A stretch of DNA of 64,000 nt from Candidatus Versatilivorator sp. (lineage in GTDB: Bacteria > Acidobacteriota > Terriglobia > Versatilivoradales > Versatilivoraceae). This document shows, piece after piece, positions 56,201 through 64,000 of the stretch. Every line of letters begins with the position of its first letter. The first letter of the stretch is position 1. The position numbers and the translations under genes were made by a program. Under the pieces are notes generated by a model, which worked only from the letters and a program-made list of their open reading frames with translations, was not told where the DNA came from and ran no database searches. Where the stretch lies: contig OZ242296.1 of assembly GCA_965207735.1 (NCBI GenBank), positions 2,656,001 through 2,720,000 on the forward strand, in the 5' to 3' direction.

Positions 56201-56955
56201 AGGTTTCCCTGTTCATCCAGCGTCAGGCCAAAATGAGTTGGAATTCCTCCTGTCCCCTGGAAGTCGAGGCGGATCGCGCCGGCGTCGACACCCGCATCCA
56301 GCCGGAAGTCGAATTCCAAACGCCGGCCGTTGCCGTAGAAGATCAGGTCGACTCCCGGATAGACCTGCCGGTAGCGCACTCTGGAATAGGTCGGAACATT
56401 CAGCCGCCACTGGCCCGGATCCCTGCCGCGCAAGTAGTGACTCCGGCTTGGAAGCCGGCTTTCACCGTGGATCCCGGACCGAGGCTTGCCATTGACGATT
56501 CGCATCCTCAAACCCGAGATCGCCCCCATCCCCGCGGGCGGCTTGGAGCCTCCTGGAAATTCGCCGGACTGAAATTGAAAGACCAACTCGCGGTCGAGCA
56601 TCAAGTAGCTGTATCCCGGCCCTCGGGAAAGGAAGCGAACCCCTTCCTCGGCCTGGCCCCGGTTCGGTTCGAAGCTGAGGGGTATTTCGCCATAGGTCCG
56701 ACGAACCTGGGCTTTCCGGATGACTTGCGGCACATTCGACAGACTCTTGGGAGCGGCAGTGGGGGGGGCTCCGCGGGTCCGGGCCAAGGGCCGCAGGCTC
56801 TGTCGCTCCGCCTCGAGCTCACTGGCCGAAAGCGGAGCCGCGCCGCAGCCTGCTCCGAACAGGACAGCCCCCCCTAGAGCCGCTTTCGGGAGTAATCCCC
56901 GGCAATTCAATGGCGTCATGCTTGCCTCAAACATTCCTGTTTGACTCTGTATCAA
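53257..56955 (-). CDS. Large exported SBBP (beta-propeller) repeat protein with C-terminal repeated beta domains
   Basis: 'PLSFEPNRGQ', 'VYPGVDL', 'LVIDPVL', multiple 'YSTYLGG' and 'AVD..GNAYVTG'; true start probably 56934 or 56919. Confidence 0.88.
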   Translation of the reverse strand: MIQSQTGMFEASMTPLNCRGLLPKAALGGAVLFGAGCGAAPLSASELEAERQSLRPLARTRGAPPTAAPKSLSNVPQVIRKAQVRRTYGEIPLSFEPNRGQAEEGVRFLSRGPGYSYLMLDRELVFQFQSGEFPGGSKPPAGMGAISGLRMRIVNGKPRSGIHGESRLPSRSHYLRGRDPGQWRLNVPTYSRVRYRQVYPGVDLIFYGNGRRLEFDFRLDAGVDAGAIRLDFQGTGGIPTHFGLTLDEQGNLILPGDLRLMRPLAYQEEGGVRQEVRVQYELGGNGEVGFRLGHYDPGRALVIDPVLTYSAGGIGGLAVAVDREGNAYVTGIANPAFLTSADAFQSLHSEGECYDGPNLVRCPDVLLAKLNAEGTELIYSTFLGGSGFEYGYGVAVDSQDNVYLTGTTNSSDFPVSTDAWQSALSSEQCASDFTGQFCTSAFVTKINATGTALLYSTYLGGIEGGLGGNGIAVDAHGSAYVTGDGAAVGFVAKLHPDGTSLLYSVQGVGGTGVALDSRNNAYLSGRNGDESYVTKLGSEGAEILYNFRLGGFSVPFDASPQELEAITGIAVDGRNYAYVTGYTAYQDFPTTPGAFSETAPGAGICGSSLCLDAFVSKLNQEGTALVYSTYLGGSFIDYANGVGVDLSGNAYVTGVTLSSDFPQTETLGSSEGQIFVSKLDPRGEELVYSVRAGSGDSLEGGSGLWVSPRGSAFITGQAGSDFTLTTGAYQASEGNGAFVARLLGNAEVFVPIVLATTESDGAAVNSELTLSNRGTQPATLELTYTAATGGGSGTATDDLPAGRQRIVPDAIDYLRELGVPIPDSGSRGGSLSVRFSGLNAESEGTVAVRTTRTVDGVQSGWAYPGVSTGFHQPVYLCGLRHDEADRSSLVVHNLGGQASDEITLRLTVISGDPQQPGSLVLPDEILAPGDFRRIDDVLRSGGLSLENGYVRVEMVEGQAPYYAYALLTDLGGFDGSFIAPVPENATVGRKGQTLLAVEKTARFDSELVVANWSESWKVVGFSVLSDGIQNPQGARFVSVRPGEQIIVPEFVSWLRRQGSLPGSFFPGLGAVGEDFSGSIFVTVDGVGEDTGYYVGARNSTLVDGSRNAFVHAAVPYGDSHHSPAWVYGLRQDQEKRTDLGIVNTGELGDETSLFSVEIYDGETGMLAHTIEEVELEARQSIRLESILEQHAPDTDQGYARVSRTSGSNPFLAFAVVTEGQTSGDAFFVYGVP

Positions 56956-57113
56956 CCGCCCCGTCGTATGTGACGCCGGCGCGGCTAGGTGAAAGGTGGA
57001 AAGTGGCTATTGGATCCAAACGCAAAACATGTTGTCGGTCTCGGGGCGTTCAGGTCATCAGGCGCTTGCCTGTTCCCGAAACCCTCGGCTGACCACTCTC
57101 CACTCTCCACTCG

Positions 57114-60100
57114 TCAAAAGATCAGTTTCGCGGCCAGGACGACCTGGCGCGCTTCCTGCGGAAAATCCGCGGGCGTCCCGAAGGAGGCCACCACTCCCGG
57201 AACCCGAGCTCCCGGGTTCGCATTGAAGGACGAGGCCGCCACGTTGGTCGTCGCCGGCTTCACATACAGGTTGGAGTGGTTGAAAAGATTGTATAACTCG
57301 GCCCGAATTTGAATCTGTAAACCTTCCACTCCACTCATCTCGGGGAGATCGAAGTTTTTCGCAAGCGCAACGTTCTGGAAGTGGGTGCCCGGCCGCCGGA
57401 AGGTGTTTCGACCCAAAGACCCGGCGAACGGTCCATTGACCGAGAGTTGACAGGCGAAGGGGGCGGCCTCGGCAATACAGCTCCCATTGGAGTTGCGGAC
57501 CCTGTTGATCGGCAGAATGAGAAAGGCGTTCGGCGTTCGGACGTCGACCTGACGTTCCCCGGCACCGAGCATTCCCGGCGCCTTTCCCGTTAGCCGCGGC
57601 CGGGTGTTGTCGGACAACTCCCGATCGATGACCCGACCATCCCAAAGGCTGAAGGGCTGCCCGCTCTGAAAGGAAACAATTCCGCTGAACTGCCAGCCTG
57701 CCAAGAACAGCCGCGTCAAACCTCTCATTCGAGCCGCACCCGGAATCTGCCAGACGAAGTGGCCGACCATCCGGTGGCGAACGTCGTGATCGGAGGAGCC
57801 TTTATCCAGATCGGGGTCAAAGGCGTCAAGCGGCAGCCCGGCGCCGCCGGTCACGCTATCGTCACCCGCCAGTGAGCTCACGTTGTCGAGGGAGTGGCTC
57901 CAGGTGTAGTTCAAACCGTACTGCAACCCGAATCTGCGCAGGCGAAGACTGTCGATTCTGAGCTGCATCCCGTGATAGGAAGACCGGGCCTGATTCCCCA
58001 CGGTGATCAATGCAGCGACGTGGTTGACCAGCCTTTCCCCCGGGCGCCCCAGAAACCGGCCGCTGCCCAGTCGATTGGCATTGACGGGCCGGTAAAGATC
58101 CCGGCCACTCGAGCCCACGTAGGAAGCAGCCAGCAACAGCTTGTTGTCCCAGTCCTGTTGCAGGGTGGCGTTCCAGGCCCAGGTGGAGGCGGTGGTCAGA
58201 TCCTGGTCCAGGTGACTGATCGCACTGGGAGGCAACGACAAGGGCCGCGAGGGAAAAAGGGAGTAGGGATCTTCAAACAGGGCCGGAGCCAACGGGACTC
58301 CGGAGATGCGCACGACGCTGAAGGCGGGAGGATTCAGGTTCTCGTAGACAAAACCGGGCAGTCGCTCGAAAAAGCGCCCAATCCCGGCCCGAAAGACGAG
58401 TCGGCCTCTGCCGGTCAAATCGTAGGCAAGACCCATTCTGGGGGAGATGTTGGTCTTGCTGGGTGGAAAGAAGCGGTTCCGGTAGTGGCCGGGAGCGTCC
58501 GCGGTACGGAGCAAACGCCCGTTGGCCATCTGTTCCAGGGAGGTGGTCCCTTCCCCTCGATAGAAGCTGGCTTCCAGAAGCTTTTCCTGGCCGATGCGAT
58601 GGCCGGAACCGAAATACTCATACCGAACACCCGGCGACAGGGTCAGCCTGGGGCTTACCTTCCAGGAGTCCTGCAGAAAACAGGCCCAGTCGTTGAACCG
58701 ATAATGGCGCCGGGGGTCGAAGGACACGAAAGGGGGGGGCAACAGCTCGCCGGGAACCTTGCCTCTCGGATTCAGGTGAATTTGGAAGGAGGATACGCGG
58801 CCATCCACGAAGCGCTGCAGGTCCCTGAACTCCACGTGATTGTGGCGAGTCAGCGTGGACTCGGCCGGGGTCTGGTTGTCCCGGAGATGGACCAGGCTGG
58901 CGCCGAACTTAAGGTTGTGCCGGCCTCTCACCCAGTTCGCCATCTGTTGAAACTGGTACTCGTTCTGGGCGCCGCCGTCCCCGTTGCGGCCGGAGGGCAA
59001 TGCCAGTGATCCGACGGCACCGCTGATTTCATCACCGGTAATGACAAATGAGGGAAATCCCTCGGAAAGCCGGATCGCTCTCTGCTGAAAGAGACGGTTG
59101 AAGACCAGGCGGGATTCGGCCAGGAAATTGCCCGTCCAGAATCGCGTCAGGTTGACCGTCATGGTTTGATTCCTCAAATGAACAGACCGGTCCAGCAGGG
59201 AGGAATAGGGCTGATCCACGGTTGCCAGCCGGGCATGATCCTGAAAGGCATAGTGCGTGTTCAGCACCGTGCGGGGCCCTATGCTGGTGTCGATTCGCGC
59301 CGTCCAGAGGTAGGTGTCCTGGGGCGGCCCGGCTCCGGCATCCACCGGCCCGGTGCGCGACGTGGAGGCCAATGCCGGCAGGGTGACGAAGCCGGCCCCG
59401 ATCTTGGAACCGCAGGCTCTTCCAAAGGGACAGACGGTGCGGGTGCTGATGTCCGTTTTAGAGAGGTTGGCGGGTGAGGGAAAGCGGTCGAAGATGGCAT
59501 TGGTCCCGGGTGAGCTTACCGAGAGCAGTTCCGGGGTCGGGACATAGTAGCTGAGAGCAGCCGAACTCCGCACCACAATGGGTTCAACGGCCGCAAAGAA
59601 AAAGACCTTGTCCCGGTAAACGGGCCCACCCAGCGTCCCCCCGAGCTGCCGCCGGTTGAAGACCGGCCGGGGCAGGCCCCTGGAGTTGTTCTCGAAGGTG
59701 TTGGCCGCCAGTCCGGAGTTGCGACGGAAATAGTAGGCATTCCCGTGAAATTCGTTCTCTCCGCTCTTGGTAATGACGTTGGCGATAAACCCCGCATTGC
59801 CGCCGTACTCCGCGGTGAAGTTGTTGGTGAGCAGCCGGTACTCCTGCACGGCGTCCAGGGGAACGATCTGGCCGGGGCCGGAGTTGTAGGGTTCGTTGTT
59901 GGCGCTGCCGTCCAGCAGGAAGCCTCCGCTCTCGGCCCGCTGGCCGTTCAAGGCAAAGCCGATGCCCCGCTTCACGCTGGCCGGTATGGCCCCGGAACTG
60001 ACCCCGACAAAATCGTAGGGATTGCGGGTCAACGAGGGCAGCTCCGTCATGACCTGCGGCCTGATGGTGGTGCCCAATGTGGCGGACTCGGTGCGGATGA

Positions 60101-60461
60101 GCGGGATGCCCCCCAGTTCGGTGACGCTGGCGATGACCGATCCCACTTGCATCGAAAAGTTCAGAACCACGGCATCCTGGACGTGGAGCTCCAGGTCCGG
60201 CTTCACGATCGTGCGATAACCCAGCAGGCGGATAATCACCCGGTAGTGTCCCGGCGGCAGGTTGGAGAGCCGATAGAGCCCCAACCGGTTGGTCCTGGTC
60301 CGAAACCTCTGGTTGGTTTCGATTTGGGTGGCGGTCACCTGGACCTCTGACAGAACCTGCCCCTGCCTGTTGGTCACCCGGCCGCTGAGCGTCGCCGTGG
60401 GGTTGGCCAGCAGCACACCGGCCAATGCCACCCACAAGATTGGGACTAGAATCAAACGCAC
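57114..60461 (-). CDS. TonB-dependent receptor (Oar-like, N-terminal carboxypeptidase-regulatory domain)
   Basis: Signal peptide, 'LDAVQEYRLLTNNFTAEYG', 'GGTLGGP', 'FLQDSWKV', 'NISPRMG', C-terminal 'RQVVLAAKLIF'. Confidence 0.92.
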   Translation of the reverse strand: MRLILVPILWVALAGVLLANPTATLSGRVTNRQGQVLSEVQVTATQIETNQRFRTRTNRLGLYRLSNLPPGHYRVIIRLLGYRTIVKPDLELHVQDAVVLNFSMQVGSVIASVTELGGIPLIRTESATLGTTIRPQVMTELPSLTRNPYDFVGVSSGAIPASVKRGIGFALNGQRAESGGFLLDGSANNEPYNSGPGQIVPLDAVQEYRLLTNNFTAEYGGNAGFIANVITKSGENEFHGNAYYFRRNSGLAANTFENNSRGLPRPVFNRRQLGGTLGGPVYRDKVFFFAAVEPIVVRSSAALSYYVPTPELLSVSSPGTNAIFDRFPSPANLSKTDISTRTVCPFGRACGSKIGAGFVTLPALASTSRTGPVDAGAGPPQDTYLWTARIDTSIGPRTVLNTHYAFQDHARLATVDQPYSSLLDRSVHLRNQTMTVNLTRFWTGNFLAESRLVFNRLFQQRAIRLSEGFPSFVITGDEISGAVGSLALPSGRNGDGGAQNEYQFQQMANWVRGRHNLKFGASLVHLRDNQTPAESTLTRHNHVEFRDLQRFVDGRVSSFQIHLNPRGKVPGELLPPPFVSFDPRRHYRFNDWACFLQDSWKVSPRLTLSPGVRYEYFGSGHRIGQEKLLEASFYRGEGTTSLEQMANGRLLRTADAPGHYRNRFFPPSKTNISPRMGLAYDLTGRGRLVFRAGIGRFFERLPGFVYENLNPPAFSVVRISGVPLAPALFEDPYSLFPSRPLSLPPSAISHLDQDLTTASTWAWNATLQQDWDNKLLLAASYVGSSGRDLYRPVNANRLGSGRFLGRPGERLVNHVAALITVGNQARSSYHGMQLRIDSLRLRRFGLQYGLNYTWSHSLDNVSSLAGDDSVTGGAGLPLDAFDPDLDKGSSDHDVRHRMVGHFVWQIPGAARMRGLTRLFLAGWQFSGIVSFQSGQPFSLWDGRVIDRELSDNTRPRLTGKAPGMLGAGERQVDVRTPNAFLILPINRVRNSNGSCIAEAAPFACQLSVNGPFAGSLGRNTFRRPGTHFQNVALAKNFDLPEMSGVEGLQIQIRAELYNLFNHSNLYVKPATTNVAASSFNANPGARVPGVVASFGTPADFPQEARQVVLAAKLIF

Positions 60462-60513
60462 GGTGTGGATCCACCTCCTGTGTGGAGCAAGGATGCAGGC
60501 CGACTCACACCCG

Positions 60514-60544
60514 AGTATGCCACCCAGGGTTTCCTACTGCGTCA
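60514..60544 (-). promoter_or_regulatory. Putative ECF-sigma promoter of the TonB receptor gene
   Basis: TGACGCA-N13-GGTGGCATACT; same architecture as 62658-62688. Confidence 0.55.
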
Positions 60545-60635
60545 CTGGGATCAGGCAATGTGGCTGAACGGAACGACCGGTACCGGGCAGGGTGGATCCT
60601 GGGGTTCGGATCCGCGTATGGGGAAGGTGACCGAA

Positions 60636-61973
60636 TCAAGGGAGATCGTCATCGGGGTTCAGGTAGGAATACAGGAGCGGTTCGCTTCCCGGCTTCTGGC
60701 TGCCTTCCTTGGGCTCCAGCGTAATAAAGACGGAATCGATTTGGGAAAGCACCTCGGCATCGTCGAACTTGAGGATCCAGCCCTCATCGTTCCTGGCGTC
60801 GGCATAGAAGATACCCAGGCTCTTGGGTGAACCCGTCAGCGAGGAACTGCGCCCCCCCCAGGCTTGCAGCGCAAAGTTGTCCAGAGATTCCCCCCCCTTG
60901 GGAGTCTCGTGGGCATAGACGATCAGGCGCCTGCCTTGGGCATAAAACACGTGTGCATCTACGATTCGCTCTCCTTCCGGATCATTGTCCTCGACGTACA
61001 GCACACGCAGGTTGCGGTCCGTCAACAAGTCCCGAATGTCCCGGTCCGCGGCCAGCAGCTCCTGATCCCGCTGGATAGTCTCCGCCTGTTCGTTCACTTT
61101 CCGAGCCAACTCCCCGATCTGTCTTTCCTGAAGCGCCAGGGTCACCTCCTGGGTGCCCCCCTCTTTCCGCAGAGCCTCCAACTCGCTGGTGCGGGTCTGA
61201 AGTGTCCTCTCCACCCTCGCCAATTTCTCCGACAACCGCACTTCCGCATTCCTGGCTTCCTCCAGCACTCGATTCAAGGCATCGGCATCCGCTTGGTTCT
61301 CCACCAGTTGCCGACTTTGACTCCGCAATTCGGCCAGAGCCCGGCGCCGCTCGCCTTGCGCCTGAGCCAGTTCCCGAGCCAGGCGATCCACTTCTTCCCC
61401 TGAAGGCTCAGGAACCTCGGGAGTAACAGAAACCGGAGACAAACCAGCCAGGGATTGCTCGGAAATTTGAAGGCTGAGCCGACTGATCTCTTCACGAAGC
61501 TGGCTCACCCTGCCCGTGGCGCTGGAAAGGCGCTCTCCGCCCCGGTACCACTGGAACCCGCTCAACCCCAGCGCCGCCACCAGGAGACCGGCCGCCAACG
61601 GCAGGGCGAATCGGCCCATGCCGGTTGACGTGTACCATTGCCCCACCCCAGCCCCTGCACGGGTTGCGAAACCGGTTCCGGTGGGTGTGGTGGGGGAACA
61701 GATCCGATCCTCGGTGCGCTGCAGAAAACGCTGCCTGTAGCTGGATTCATGCAGAGCAACCTTCGAGGAGGAACCGGCGGGCTCTCCTTCGGCAACCAGC
61801 GGCAGGTGCTCGTGCAGGATCTCCACGAAGTCCCGGCGACTCCTGCGACAATCCTCACACGCAATCAGATGGGAGCGAAGTTCGACGTACTCCTCTGCAG
61901 AGATCTGGCCAAGTGCCGCCAGGGCACACAACTCCTCGAATCGTTCATGGTTTGATTCATCGCGCTTGGACAT
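60636..61973 (-). CDS. Anti-sigma factor (ZAS motif, TM helix, coiled coil, RskA-like C-terminus)
   Basis: 'HLIACEDC' HxxxCxxC; TM 'FALPLAAGLLVAALGL'; long heptad region; 'FITLEPKEGSQKP'. Confidence 0.85.
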   Translation of the reverse strand: MSKRDESNHERFEELCALAALGQISAEEYVELRSHLIACEDCRRSRRDFVEILHEHLPLVAEGEPAGSSSKVALHESSYRQRFLQRTEDRICSPTTPTGTGFATRAGAGVGQWYTSTGMGRFALPLAAGLLVAALGLSGFQWYRGGERLSSATGRVSQLREEISRLSLQISEQSLAGLSPVSVTPEVPEPSGEEVDRLARELAQAQGERRRALAELRSQSRQLVENQADADALNRVLEEARNAEVRLSEKLARVERTLQTRTSELEALRKEGGTQEVTLALQERQIGELARKVNEQAETIQRDQELLAADRDIRDLLTDRNLRVLYVEDNDPEGERIVDAHVFYAQGRRLIVYAHETPKGGESLDNFALQAWGGRSSSLTGSPKSLGIFYADARNDEGWILKFDDAEVLSQIDSVFITLEPKEGSQKPGSEPLLYSYLNPDDDLP

Positions 61974-61991
61974 GGTGACATCCTCTGAGCA

Positions 61992-62591
61992 TCAACCCGT
62001 GGTCCGGTTCATGCAGCCGTGGGCCTGCAGGAAGGTCCGCAACTTCTTGAGACCCCGGTAGTAGTGGTTCCGTATGTTGGACAAGGGTTCTTCCATTTGC
62101 ACGGCAATCTCTTTCAGGAGCAGCCCCTGAAAATAAGCCAGGTCCAGCGTGCGACGCTCCCTTGCCGTCAACGTCTGCAGTCCCTTTTCAATCATCTGGC
62201 CCCAATCCTGATAGGTGAGGCCGTTCCACCCTTTCATGGAGTGGGCAAATTCGTAGTTTTCCAGGTCGGTTTCTTCCGTCGGGTCATAGAAGTTGCGCAA
62301 GGCCAAGTACTTCTGCCGGTTCAGACTTCGGTGATAGGCATACTGCAGTATCCAGGTCTTGGCGCTTCCCTTTTCCGGATTGAAGACTTCAATCCGCCGG
62401 TAAATCTCAATGAATACCTCCTGCATGAGATCTTCCGCTTCGCCCCGATCACGAAGAATCTTGAGCGCCACGCTGAAGACCAGGCGGTAGTATCGGTCGA
62501 ACAGAAGCCCCAGAGCTTCCTGGCGACCCCGCTTGAGCTCATCCATCAGTTCTTCGTCGGTCCTGGTATGGAGCTGTTTGTCTGTCAACAT
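61992..62591 (-). CDS. ECF sigma-70 factor
   Basis: 'AEDLMQEVF', 'TWILQYAYHR', region 4 'LAYFQGLLLKEIA'; likely start MLTDK at 62591. Confidence 0.92.
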   Translation of the reverse strand: MLTDKQLHTRTDEELMDELKRGRQEALGLLFDRYYRLVFSVALKILRDRGEAEDLMQEVFIEIYRRIEVFNPEKGSAKTWILQYAYHRSLNRQKYLALRNFYDPTEETDLENYEFAHSMKGWNGLTYQDWGQMIEKGLQTLTARERRTLDLAYFQGLLLKEIAVQMEEPLSNIRNHYYRGLKKLRTFLQAHGCMNRTTG

Positions 62592-62657
62592 GAACCCGAA
62601 ACCTGGACCGGACCGGAAGCGCCCGGGGCACGGCAGCAGAAGAAACCAACCCACTAA

Positions 62658-62688
62658 AGTATGCCGCCTGTGCCGGAGGTTTGTATCA
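62658..62688 (-). promoter_or_regulatory. Putative autoregulatory ECF promoter
   Basis: TGATACA-N13-GGCGGCATACT upstream of the sigma gene. Confidence 0.55.
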
Positions 62689-62751
62689 ACCGGCCGGACT
62701 CGCCACTGGTCCGCATCCCGCGGAACCCTCCGCGGACCGGCCCTTTAATTG

Positions 62752-64000
62752 TCACTCGGACCGTTTTGGAAGGGCAACCACGTCAGCGGTACCGAACCGG
62801 TCCCATCGGGAACGGAACTCCGGATCCGCCCCCGTCACTACCGCAACTGCCCTGGTGGTGCTGAGGTGTGCCTTGGCGGCCCCCTGTACTTCTTCCGCGG
62901 TCAATCTCCGGACATGGTCGCCGAACCGTTCCAGGAAATCCTTGGAAAGAGAAAAGAGTTCCATCTGCGTCAACTCATCGGCAATGGCGACCGGAGATCG
63001 CATCCTCTCACCATGACGGGCGATGAGTTGCGTCTTGGCCGATTCCAGCTCAGCCTCGGAAACCGGCGACTGCTTGAAACTTTCGATGGTTTCCAGAATG
63101 GCCATAAGCGCGCCGGCGGCGGCCTGCTTGGGAACCCTGGCCAACACCTGCAGCATGCCGCCGATACGAAAAAAACGAATGCGACTGTCAAGGAATCGAT
63201 AGTTGATCCGGTGTGCGAGAAACACTCGGCTCAGCCGCGATCCGGTACCGAGTCCTCCCAATAGCAGGTTCAGAACCTCGAGGCTGTAGAAGTCAGTGCT
63301 CAATCGACGGGGAGCCCTGTGGCCGAAGACGATTCCCGCTTCCGTGCCGCCCTCTTCTTCATCCACAAGCTGAATCGACAGACGATCCAACCTCGGGAAA
63401 TCGGGATAGCCGGGCTCCTGAGGATTCCCCTTGGTCCAAGGTCCCAGCTTTTCCCGGGCCGCATCCAGCAGTTCCCGCGCAGGGACGGCGCCAACCACAA
63501 TCAGCGAGGCATCGTTGGGAATGTAGTGGCGACGTCGGAAGTCGTTCATTTCGCGGTACAGGATGGCCTCCGCCTTGTCCGTCCCTCCCGGACCGCTCCC
63601 ATAGGGATGATCCCCGAAGATCGCTCGCCTGAAAGGGCCGCGGGCCAGACCATCCGGGATCCTTCCGGGAGGATCGTCCGTCACCGCCGCATCGCCCCGT
63701 TCGACCTCGTCCTCGAACAGTGGCGGAGCCAGGGCGGCTCCCAGCAGGTCAAGGAAGGTGCGCAAGCGGCGGGGAGGCATACTGGCCCGAAGAATGGTGG
63801 CATCGGGCTGGACATCCACATGCAGTTCGATGCCCAGAACCTGCAGCTCCTTGGTGTCATCAGGAGATTGAACCAGCAACCGGCGGGCCGAAACACCCGC
63901 CAATCCGGCTTTGCCGACCGGGTCAAGGATCGATCCCGACCTGATGAGAAGATTGACGACCAACGGGCCGCCGCCCTGGCGTTGCAAGAGCAGGACTCGC
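62752..64000 (-). CDS. M16 (pitrilysin) family peptidase-like subunit, probably non-catalytic; partial
   Basis: 'GS..DP.GKAGLA', 'HPYG', 'HYIPNDA.LIVVG', 'LLGG...SRL'; no HxxEH in the visible part; start lies at or beyond the window end. Confidence 0.8.
   Translation of the reverse strand, partial: RVLLLQRQGGGPLVVNLLIRSGSILDPVGKAGLAGVSARRLLVQSPDDTKELQVLGIELHVDVQPDATILRASMPPRRLRTFLDLLGAALAPPLFEDEVERGDAAVTDDPPGRIPDGLARGPFRRAIFGDHPYGSGPGGTDKAEAILYREMNDFRRRHYIPNDASLIVVGAVPARELLDAAREKLGPWTKGNPQEPGYPDFPRLDRLSIQLVDEEEGGTEAGIVFGHRAPRRLSTDFYSLEVLNLLLGGLGTGSRLSRVFLAHRINYRFLDSRIRFFRIGGMLQVLARVPKQAAAGALMAILETIESFKQSPVSEAELESAKTQLIARHGERMRSPVAIADELTQMELFSLSKDFLERFGDHVRRLTAEEVQGAAKAHLSTTRAVAVVTGADPEFRSRWDRFGTADVVALPKRSE

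Overview
64-kb, GC-rich bacterial window. Gene content (two Acidobacteria-type VWA proteins, carboxypeptidase-regulatory-domain TonB receptor, SBBP protein, DUF1549/DUF1553 + DUF1501 pair, direct-repeat LexA box) points to an Acidobacteriota genome; this is inference, not a database result. Layout: (1) 1-6.5 kb is an accessory locus: a Sec-exported RHS/YD-type protein (partial, runs off the window), a small exported partner protein, and a 1360-aa IPT/Calx-beta surface protein that carries an RHS-type strand motif (REYVYLGGRLAAI) inserted in one domain. The surface gene abuts a phage-immunity-like switch with three operator-like boxes and a CI-like repressor whose S24 dyad appears dead. (2) 7-31 kb holds sugar-acid/carbohydrate catabolic and secreted enzymes. 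(3) An intact IS1634-family element and an orphan type III PKS follow. (4) 35-53 kb is mostly housekeeping: moaDE fusion, HU with a long structured leader, lexA-cca-mutM, ilvBN, lptD, split NAD synthetase, rsmI and an aminotransferase. (5) 53-64 kb is an ECF sigma/anti-sigma/TonB receptor/SBBP module with a shared 31-nt promoter motif. Many intergenic regions hold mosaics of several non-coding repeat families (a ~182-bp unit, MITE-like hairpins with co-varying arms, short-period repeats). No rRNA, tRNA or CRISPR array was recognised. All calls come from reading motifs by eye; no searches were run.
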